Assembly: GCA_964291285.2 (NCBI GenBank)
Contig: OZ219787.1
Span: forward strand, 384,001-448,000
Length of the DNA stretch: 64,000 bases
Direction: 5' to 3'
Origin: Alphaproteobacteria bacterium
Lineage (GTDB): Bacteria; Pseudomonadota; Alphaproteobacteria; Bin95
The notes under the pieces are model-generated. The model was not told the origin of the DNA. It was given only the letters and a program-made list of their open reading frames with translations, and did not search any database. The position numbers and the translations under genes were made by a program. Below are positions 56,695-64,000 of the stretch, in pieces (position 1 is the first letter of the stretch; each line of letters opens with the position of its first letter).

Positions 56695-57042
56695 CGCTAT
56701 GACCCTACGCCGCGCGCACCGCAGGCGCGCGAGCCCGAGGAGAAAGCCGACATTGCACGCCGTTCCCCTCTCCCGCCGCAGGTCGCGACCTCGTCCGGAG
56801 AGTCACACTTGCCTTCGTTTCGTCAGAAACGCGGCCCGATGCGGCGACGGCGCGCGCAACCCGGCGGAATTCCTCGATTCACCGTTCTATCCACCGGACC
56901 GGGAGCGGGCGCTTGTCATCGTGCCGAAAGCGGTTGCGTTCAACCTCCAGACCCCGGCTGGCCCTTCACGAGGTCTTGCCCCTCGACTTCAAATCCCAGG
57001 GCACGATCACCGTGAGTGAGCGACCGGATCCTCGTCCGCTCC

Positions 57043-58494
57043 GATCGTGCCCCCGCGGGTGGTGTAAGAGCCTGGCGTCCGTAGCGGTGTCCGGCGGGTA
57101 GGGCCGGAACGCTCAGGCTGCCACGGCGGGCAACTTGACGGTTGTATTGTCGCTCACGGGAGCGATGGATTCCAGCGTCATGTATCTGGCTCTCTGGACT
57201 GCCCATTCATCGTTCTGCTCGAGCAGGATTGCGCCGATCAGCCGGGTGATGGCGTCCTCGTTGGGGAAGATGCCGACGGTGTTTGTGCGCCGCTTGATCT
57301 CGCCGTGGAGGCGTTCGAGCGGGTTTGTCGAGTGCAGCTTGGCGCGGTGCGCGGCCGGGAAGGTCATGTAGGCGAGAACATCGTGCTCGGCCTCGTCCAT
57401 GATGGCGGCGAGCTTTGGCGCCTTGGGCCTGAGCTGGTCGGCGACCTGGCGCCACTGGGCGGAGGCGCTGTCTGCATCCTCCTGGGCGAAGGCGGTAGTG
57501 ACGAAGGCGGAGACGACGCGCCGGCCCTGCTTGCCGGCATGGGCGAGCAGGTTGCGCATGAAGTGGACGCGGCATCTCTGCCAGGTGGCGCCGAAGATGC
57601 GGGTGGCGGCGGCCTTCAGGCCCTTGTGGTCGTCGGAGATCACCAGCTTGACGCCGCGCAGGCCGCGGCGGGCGAGCGAGCGCAGGAAGTCGGTCCAGAA
57701 GGTCTCGGCCTCGGACGCGCCGATCGCCATGCCGAGCACCTCGCGCCGGCCCTGATCGTTGACCGCCACCGCGATGGTGACCGCGACCGAGACGACGCGC
57801 CCGGCCTCGCGCATCTTCACATAGGTCGCGTCAAGCCAGAGATACGGCCAGTCGCCCTCCAGCGGCCGGTCGAGGAAGTCGCGGATCTTGTCGTCGATCT
57901 CGCCGCACAGCCGCGACACCTGGCTCTTGGAGATGCCCGACATGCCCATCGCCTGCACCAGGTCGTCCACCGAGCGGGTCGATACGCCCTTGATGTAGGC
58001 CTCCTGGATCACCGCCGTCAGCGCCTTCTCCGCCATCCGCCGCGGTTCAAGGAAGCCCGGGAAGTAGCTCCCCTTGCGCAGCTTCGGGATCTTCAGTTCG
58101 ACCGTGCCGGCCCGCGTCTCCCAGACCCGGTCCCGGTAGCCGTTGCGCTGCGTGATCCGGTCCGGCGAGCGCTCGCCGTGCGCGGCGCCCGCAAGGCCCT
58201 CAACCTCAAGCGCCATCAGACGCGCGGCCGTGAACCCGATCATCTCGCGAAGCAGGTCGGCGTCGGAACTCTTCTCCAACAGCGCCCGCAGGGTCATCAT
58301 GTCGGTGGTGGTCATCGTGGTACTCCTCCGGTCAGGTGGACTGTGACAGCCCAACCCTAACCGGCACCGCGATGGCCTCCGCTGTGGGTAAGTGGCCCGC
58401 CGCCGCCTGACTCCAGACGGTCGCGGCGGCGGGCCACTTACCCACAGCTACCACCGGAAGCTTCAGCTCCTACACCACCCCTGGGGACACGACC
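57043..58494 (-). mobile_element. IS256-family element, copy 2 (inverted)
   Basis: Same element, with 8-bp target duplication TCCGCTCC. Confidence 0.95.
57113..58315 (-). CDS. IS256-family transposase
   Basis: Protein identical to copy 1. Confidence 0.95.
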   Translation of the reverse strand: MTTTDMMTLRALLEKSSDADLLREMIGFTAARLMALEVEGLAGAAHGERSPDRITQRNGYRDRVWETRAGTVELKIPKLRKGSYFPGFLEPRRMAEKALTAVIQEAYIKGVSTRSVDDLVQAMGMSGISKSQVSRLCGEIDDKIRDFLDRPLEGDWPYLWLDATYVKMREAGRVVSVAVTIAVAVNDQGRREVLGMAIGASEAETFWTDFLRSLARRGLRGVKLVISDDHKGLKAAATRIFGATWQRCRVHFMRNLLAHAGKQGRRVVSAFVTTAFAQEDADSASAQWRQVADQLRPKAPKLAAIMDEAEHDVLAYMTFPAAHRAKLHSTNPLERLHGEIKRRTNTVGIFPNEDAITRLIGAILLEQNDEWAVQRARYMTLESIAPVSDNTTVKLPAVAA

Positions 58495-58905
58495 TCCGCT
58501 CCCGCCACCAATACTGATCTCGTTCCGCTGTACAATCTGCGTTTTATTTTCATTATGCAGGATTGCGGCGACTCTTGCCGGGGCGCGAAAAGTCAAGCTT
58601 ATTCCGTATGTTATGGCGCGCGCGCAAGCCGCCGGGCCCATAGCCGGTCTTCATGCCGGAAGGGGCGAAATTCAGCTGCTGACCACGACTGGCCCTTCAT
58701 GACCTTGATGTCGAATTTCTGATCGTGCCCCTCGCGTACTGGGCAAATCAATTCCGCTTCCGCCTGTCCGACCCCAGAGGCCCACTCCATGTGGTGGCGC
58801 AAATATGTACCATGGGCGCGGCCGTAACTTATCCCAGTAGTTCAAGGCAGAGTCTGCGGGCTTGGTCAGCGATGGAACATGCCTTGCTAGGGTTCTGACA
58901 GTTAG

Positions 58906-60919
58906 CCCGACTTCCGCAACTCGGCTTGAGAATCGACTGATTTGACGGTTTTCCGGCGCGAGAAGTGTCGGATTTCGGTGCAGTACCTCTCGGGACCGGC
59001 TTGTAGTGCCGACCTACCCCCTTGATCGGGCTGGCGAAGATCCGGACGCTGCGCTGATGTTCGTGCGCTGCAAGAGACGCTTCAAGGACGGCAAGGAGCA
59101 CCGCTACTGGAGCGTTGTGGAGAACGTCCGGGTCCACGGCGGTCGGGTTGTTCAGCGTCAGGTGCTCTATCTCGGGGAGATCAACGACAGCCAGCGAGCG
59201 GCGTGGTGCCGCTCGATCGAGGTGGTGGAGGGCAAGTCGCGATCACGGCAGATGGCGCTGTTTCCCGAGGACCGGGAGGCGCCGGCGCTGACTTGCGAAG
59301 TGGTGAAGATCGACCTCTCGCAGGTGGCGCTTCACGACCCGCGCCAGTGGGGGGCGTGCTGGCTGGCGCTGTCCTTGTGGGACCGCCTGGACCTGGACCG
59401 CTTCTGGGAAGAGCGGCTGCCGGCGAGCCGGCAAGGCACGCGGTGGCTGGACATCCTGAAGATCCAGGTCTGCTACCGGCTGATCGACCCGGGCAGCGAG
59501 TGGCGCCTTCACCGTCACTGGTATGAGCACAGCGCGCTTCGCGATCTTCTGGGTGGCGAGCGGGCGATCGCCGACGACACACTCTATCGCTGTCTCGACA
59601 AGCTGCTGGCGCACAAGCAGGGCTTCTTCTCGTTTCTGCGCGACCGCTGGGCGACGCTGTTCGAGGCGCGCTTCGACGTGCTGCTCTACGACCTGACCTC
59701 GACCTACTTCGAGAGCGATCCGCCGTTCGATGACAAGCGCCGCTTCGGCTACAGCCGGGACAAGCGGCCCGACTGCGTGCAGGTGGTGATCGCCCTGATC
59801 GTTACGCCGCAGGGCTTTCCGCTGGCCTATGAGGTGATGCCGGGCAACACCTCCGACGACACCACGCTGGCGGCGTTCCTCAAGAAGATCGAGGATCAGT
59901 ATGGCCGCTCCGAGCGGGTGTGGATCATGGACCGCGGCATCCCCACCGAGGAGACGCTGGCCGCGATGCGCGAGGGCGAGGCGCCGGTGCGCTACCTGGT
60001 GGGCACGCCCAAGGGCCGGCTGACGCGGCTCGAGAAGGTGTTCCTGGGCCTGCCCCGGCAGGAGGTGCGCCAGTCCGTGACTGTCAAGCTTCTGGTCGAG
60101 GATGGCGAGCTCTACGTCCTGGTGCGCAGCGAGGGGCGGCAGGTGAAGGAACGCGGCATGCGCCGGCGCCGGCTGAAGAGGCTGTGGCGTCGATTGGCCG
60201 AGTTGCAAGGGCAGTCGAACAGCCGGGATCAGTTGTTGCTCAAGCTCGGCGCCGCCAGGAAGGAGGCCGGCCGGGCCTGGAGCCTGGTCGACATCACCGT
60301 GCCCGGGACCGACAGCGAACTCGCCGCCAACGGCTTCTCATTCCGCCTGCAGCGCGACCGGCTGCGCCAGGTCCGCCGCCGCGAGGGCCGTTACCTGCTG
60401 CGATCCAACATGGTCGCCGAAGACCCCGCCACGCTGTGGCATCTGTACATGCAGCTCGTCGAGATCGAGCAGGCGTTCAAGGAACTCAAGCACGACCTCG
60501 CGATCCGCCCCATCTTCCATCAGCGCCAAGAGCGCATCGAGGCGCATATCTTCGTCTCGTTCATCGCCTACTGCCTGCTGGTGACCCTGAAGAACCTCGC
60601 CCGGCCGCGCGCCCCGGGCCTCACCCCACGCGCCATCCTTGAGGCCTTCGCCACCATCCAGATGGTGGACGTCCATCTGCCAACCACCGACGGCCGGCAC
60701 CTCGTCCTGCCGCGCCACACCCGGCCGAACAAGGAGCACGAGCTACTGCTGCAACAGCTCGGCATGACCTGGCCGCAGCAACCCGCACCCCGGATCTCCG
60801 CCTGACGGCACACGGCGCCGCCTCTCCGTTCGCCGCCTTGTAGTGCCGACCCTCGGGGAGACGATCAAGGCTATTCAATGAGTTAGCATCCTCATGACCC
60901 CCGAGTTGCGGAAGTCGGG
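58906..60919 (+). mobile_element. IS1634-family element, copy 2
   Basis: Same terminal repeats as copy 1. Flanks TTAG and ATAG do not match. Confidence 0.93.
59006..60805 (+). CDS. IS1634-family transposase
   Basis: One amino-acid difference (W to R) from copy 1. Confidence 0.93.
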   Translation: MPTYPLDRAGEDPDAALMFVRCKRRFKDGKEHRYWSVVENVRVHGGRVVQRQVLYLGEINDSQRAAWCRSIEVVEGKSRSRQMALFPEDREAPALTCEVVKIDLSQVALHDPRQWGACWLALSLWDRLDLDRFWEERLPASRQGTRWLDILKIQVCYRLIDPGSEWRLHRHWYEHSALRDLLGGERAIADDTLYRCLDKLLAHKQGFFSFLRDRWATLFEARFDVLLYDLTSTYFESDPPFDDKRRFGYSRDKRPDCVQVVIALIVTPQGFPLAYEVMPGNTSDDTTLAAFLKKIEDQYGRSERVWIMDRGIPTEETLAAMREGEAPVRYLVGTPKGRLTRLEKVFLGLPRQEVRQSVTVKLLVEDGELYVLVRSEGRQVKERGMRRRRLKRLWRRLAELQGQSNSRDQLLLKLGAARKEAGRAWSLVDITVPGTDSELAANGFSFRLQRDRLRQVRRREGRYLLRSNMVAEDPATLWHLYMQLVEIEQAFKELKHDLAIRPIFHQRQERIEAHIFVSFIAYCLLVTLKNLARPRAPGLTPRAILEAFATIQMVDVHLPTTDGRHLVLPRHTRPNKEHELLLQQLGMTWPQQPAPRISA

Positions 60920-60997
60920 ATAGCGCCGGCAGACCGCCTCGGCGCGTGCGGCGAGCGCGGCGGCGATGGCGGCAGCGGGAGACGGGCCGTGGTGCAT
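60920..60997 (-). pseudogene. 5' stub of a toprim/primase-like ICE gene cut by IS1634
   Basis: MHHGPSPAAAIAAALAARAEAVCRRY resembles the AEAVCRHY N-terminus of toprim proteins that accompany strawberry-notch genes. Confidence 0.55.
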
Positions 60998-61123
60998 GAG
61001 GAACCTCCTTCCAGGTCGAGCGGGACGCCCGATACCGGCCGGCCTCCGCCTCCGGACGGCGCCGGAAGGCGAGCGGCCCGCGCCAGGCGCGGCGCCCGGA
61101 CGGACCGCCTCCGGTTCGGCTGC

Positions 61124-61153
61124 AAAAAAAGGCCGGCGCGCGAGGCGCCGGCC
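61124..61153 (-). terminator. Intrinsic terminator downstream of ssb
   Basis: GGCCGGCGC stem followed by T7 on the minus strand. Confidence 0.75.
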
Positions 61154-61179
61154 CTGTGGGGAAGGAAGAGCGGGAAGTT

Positions 61180-61623
61180 CTAGAACGGGATCTCGTCCCC
61201 GTCCATCGGGTCGCCGCCAGCCGGCGCGAAGCCGTCCGCCGAGTCCGGGCCGGGCTGCGCGGCGTTGCCGTTCGGCTTGTCGAGGAACTGGACGCGCCCG
61301 CCGGGGACCAGCAGGATCTCGGTCGAGAAGCGGTCGCCGTCCTCACCCGGCCTGGACCAGCGCCGGGTCTGGAGCTTGCCGTCGACGTAGACCAGCCGGC
61401 CCTTGGTGGCGTGCTTCCCGAGCATGTCGATCAGCCCGTCCTGGAAGGTCACGACCCGGTGCCACTCGGTCCTGTCGACCTTCTCGCCGGTCTGCTTGTT
61501 GATGAACGACTCGTCGGTCGCGATGCTCAGGTTGGCGACGCGGCCGCCGTTCTGCAGGTGGTTGACGGTGACGTCCGCGCCGAGGCGGCCGATGATCTGC
61601 ACCTTGTTCAATCCGAAGCTCAT
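61180..61623 (-). CDS. ssb: Single-stranded DNA-binding protein
   Basis: LNKVQIIGRLGAD, TEWHRVV, VYVDGKLQTRRW and C-terminal DEIPF. Confidence 0.95.
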   Translation of the reverse strand: MSFGLNKVQIIGRLGADVTVNHLQNGGRVANLSIATDESFINKQTGEKVDRTEWHRVVTFQDGLIDMLGKHATKGRLVYVDGKLQTRRWSRPGEDGDRFSTEILLVPGGRVQFLDKPNGNAAQPGPDSADGFAPAGGDPMDGDEIPF

Positions 61624-61714
61624 TGCGATACTCCTTCAGGTTCGTGTTCATGACGATGGGTTGCGAACGACCGGAGGCCGGGACACCCTCCCGACCCCCG
61701 ACCGTTCAATCTCT

Positions 61715-61978
61715 TCAGGCCCTCCTCCCCTCCATGCCGCCGGGGGGGAACGACGACCACGGGTCCAGGGGCTCCGCCGCGTTCTGGAGGGACATCCCGA
61801 AGGCCGGTTCCGGGAAGAGGCTTGCGAAGCCGTGCTCCGGACAGGCCGCGCCCCCGTCGGGGCAGCGGATGGCGCGCTCGTCCTCGGCGATCTCGCGGAC
61901 GGTGCGACGGTCGACGCCGAGTTCGGCGAGCAGGTCGCAGCCGGTCGGAAGGTCGAGGGATGTATCGGGATGAAACAT
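61715..61978 (-). CDS. Hypothetical protein
   Basis: Co-oriented small ORF with a GAG-type ribosome-binding site in the ICE gene run. Confidence 0.4.
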   Translation of the reverse strand: MFHPDTSLDLPTGCDLLAELGVDRRTVREIAEDERAIRCPDGGAACPEHGFASLFPEPAFGMSLQNAAEPLDPWSSFPPGGMEGRRA

Positions 61979-62077
61979 GGCGGGAACTCCTCTGCCGGTG
62001 TCCGGTCCGGCATCGGCGCGGGGAGTTCCTCTCCTCCGCCCTGCCGGACACTCGCCCGGCAGGCGCTTCACTCCTCT

Positions 62078-62614
62078 CTACGACGGGGAGACGGCGCGGC
62101 GGATCGCGGCCAAGCGCTCGCAGACGGCGCGCGGCGGCATCGACCCCAGGTTCAGCACCGGGATGCCGCGGGTCCGGGCGATGCGGATGGCCATGCCCGT
62201 GCCGCCGGTTGACGCGCCGCGTTCGCTCCAGCACACGACCGCATCGACCGGGCGCTCCAGGGTCCCGCCGAGCACCACCGCCGCGTTCCGGGCATGCAGC
62301 TTGCGCACGGCCGGCGAACAGCGCTCCCAGGCCGGATGCAGGGGCGCCGCGATTTCCAGGCTTGCCGCCATCGCCGCCGGAGACAGGGTCCGGCAGTCGG
62401 CGCCGCGATGCCCGTTATAGCCCCGCCACGGCAGCCAGATCGTCCGCTGCTCTGCTGACGCTCCCGCCGCAAACGCCGCATCGGCGCCGCCCGCTCCGCC
62501 GCTCGACAGATGCCAGCCGGTCCGAGCCAGCCATCCCGCCATCGTGGTCATGTCGGCCAGCATCCCCGTCGGCGTCGCCCGCGCCCCGATCCCCGCATAG
62601 GTCAATGTCGTCAT
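62078..62614 (-). CDS. SLOG/DprA-like nucleotide-binding protein
   Basis: YAGIGARATP...LSSGGAGGADAAF...KLHARN...GGTGMAIRIA. Confidence 0.8.
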   Translation of the reverse strand: MTTLTYAGIGARATPTGMLADMTTMAGWLARTGWHLSSGGAGGADAAFAAGASAEQRTIWLPWRGYNGHRGADCRTLSPAAMAASLEIAAPLHPAWERCSPAVRKLHARNAAVVLGGTLERPVDAVVCWSERGASTGGTGMAIRIARTRGIPVLNLGSMPPRAVCERLAAIRRAVSPS

Positions 62615-63024
62615 GGTCCGATCTCCCCGGTTGCGTCCGCCGCGACTCCCTCCCGGTCATCGGCTTCGCTCCCGAACCGCTTTTCTACACCTCTGCGGCG
62701 CGAACGGGTCGGCCTCGCCTGCATTGCCGCCCCGGGGCATCGGTGCGCATGAACGGGCGGGGATCGATGGCGCGGCGCGGCGCGGGTGACGACAGATGGC
62801 GGTGGGCCGGCAGCGGAGCATGGCCGCCATGTGCGAGCCCCCATGGGCCGCCGGACGGCGCAGGGCCGGCTACGCAGTCGTGCGGCGGCCGAAACCGGGC
62901 GGCCCCGGCAAGACGGCGACGGGCCGGCTGCACAGCAGGAAGACGAAAGCGGTCGGGTCGCCCGTTCCGTCGCGCCGGAAAGGAGACGACATGGCGAAAG
63001 GAACGGTCGGAGGGCGATTCTGCC

Positions 63025-63294
63025 TCAGTGCCACGGCTCGCCGTCGGGATCGCCGTCCCCGGCGCGCATGGAGGCGGCAACCATGGCGGTCCAGGCCTCG
63101 CGGTCCAGGCCAAGCCGACGGTTCAGCCTGTCGCAAAGGCCGAGAGCATCGTCGAGATCGAGGGCGATGAGCGCGGTGGGGACATGCCCGGCGAGGCCCT
63201 CGATCACGATGCGGATCTGCTGGGCATCGACTTCGACGTCCCAGGCGGGCGCGAAGCAGAAGTTCGGGCAGTCCGGCAGGGTCTGCGCGGTCAT
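63025..63294 (-). CDS. Hypothetical protein
   Basis: AAGGAG ribosome-binding site, 89-aa ORF in the same run. Confidence 0.6.
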   Translation of the reverse strand: MTAQTLPDCPNFCFAPAWDVEVDAQQIRIVIEGLAGHVPTALIALDLDDALGLCDRLNRRLGLDREAWTAMVAASMRAGDGDPDGEPWH

Positions 63295-63385
63295 GGCGTC
63301 GGTCTCCTTGTCGGGGCGGGTCGGCGGCCGCCCGGCCGGCAATACGTATCCCGGCCGGGCATTGAACGGGGGAATTCTCCGGGAG

Positions 63386-64000
63386 TCACGCGGCGGGCGG
63401 CCAGCGTTCGAGGATGCGCTCCAGCGCGCCGGCATGGGGCGCGAATATCCGGGCGCGGAACGAGACGATCTCGATCGCGCAGCCCATGCGCCGGAGCGCG
63501 GGCAGGTCGGTATCGGCCGGCCCCTCGACCTCGACCCGGTCGGCGCCCATCAGGCGGCGGCGGGCGAGCCGCCAGCCATTGGCGAGGGCGAGCGGGTTGC
63601 CGCGTTCTATCACCGCCGCGAAGGCTTCCGCGCCGGTCATGGCGGGTCCTCCGTCGAGGCCGAAGCCGGCGCGCACGGCGCGGACCTGCTCCGCGTCGAG
63701 CACGCGCCCGATGAGGGCCATGCCGTCGTCCGGGGTAAGCCGGCGGACGCGCATGTTCTCGGCCGGGAGGCGGTCCCAGACGGGCAGCAGCAGGCCGGTG
63801 GCGAGCCAGAAGCGGGACTCGCGGTGGGACGGCAGGCCGGCGGTCTCGGCGTCCCAGAGCATGCGCCAGCGGGCTTCGTCGGCCTGCCCCCAGTTGGAAG
63901 CGGCGAACTCGGCCCGGGCCATGCGGTCCCGAGCGGCGGGGCGGACCAGCTGCACGCGTTCCTGCACCCCGCCGTCGTCGAGCATGCGCGACGGGGCGGG
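63386..64000 (-). CDS. Strawberry-notch family helicase/methylase, C-terminal part (runs off the window)
   Basis: WLATGLLLPVWDRLP...VRRLTPDDG..LIGRV...RRRLMGADRVEVEG, a typical alphaproteobacterial ICE/plasmid gene. Confidence 0.85.
   Translation of the reverse strand, partial: PAPSRMLDDGGVQERVQLVRPAARDRMARAEFAASNWGQADEARWRMLWDAETAGLPSHRESRFWLATGLLLPVWDRLPAENMRVRRLTPDDGMALIGRVLDAEQVRAVRAGFGLDGGPAMTGAEAFAAVIERGNPLALANGWRLARRRLMGADRVEVEGPADTDLPALRRMGCAIEIVSFRARIFAPHAGALERILERWPPAA

Noticed and set aside
55243-58494. IS256 pair as a composite transposon
   Set aside because: Each copy has its own distinct target duplication.
57025-58510. TCCGCTCCCGCCACCA (after removing IS256) as a tRNA 3' end or att site
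   Set aside because: No T-loop or cloverleaf can be built upstream, and the match is too short.

Overview
High-GC window, probably from an alphaproteobacterium (inferred from the porin, glnK-amtB and thioredoxin-LON-Trm112 genes). It has four zones. (1) 1-13.7 kb is a cluster of insertion sequences: IS1380, an unclassified DDE IS, and IS66 containing IS21, which itself contains IS1634 and IS1595. These truncate an SMC/ABC-ATPase gene and a TbpB-like lipoprotein gene. (2) 14.1-30.1 kb is an inverted duplication with ~7.1-kb arms. Each arm carries a 7-bp simple-repeat tract, a porin, a TbpB-like surface lipoprotein, a Slam/T11SS exporter and two tandem tyrosine integrases. Porin and Slam are ~98% identical between arms, while the lipoproteins are strongly diverged and mosaic. 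(3) 30.1-47.5 kb is mostly housekeeping and metabolic: a truncated MMPL gene, a LolA-like gene, an IS-disrupted GPP34-cytochrome P450 fusion, amtB-glnK, UbiH-family, SCO, TPP enzyme, BVMO, denD, Trm112, LON-N and CnoX/YbbN. (4) 47.6-64 kb is an ICE-like region with a frameshifted DUF2285 activator, a two-gene Calx-beta/cadherin-like adhesin, two IS256, one IS1634, ssb and a strawberry-notch gene. The best candidate for a new system is a Cre-type recombinase (53118-54101) bracketed by two perfect 13-8-13 lox-like sites in inverted orientation (53046-53079 and 54411-54444), directly upstream of the adhesin genes. This suggests a self-inverting Cre/lox-like phase-variation switch. The adhesin also appears split so that the upstream protein could donate a beta-strand to the downstream barrel-anchored protein. 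All family assignments come from motif recognition by eye; no database search was run.
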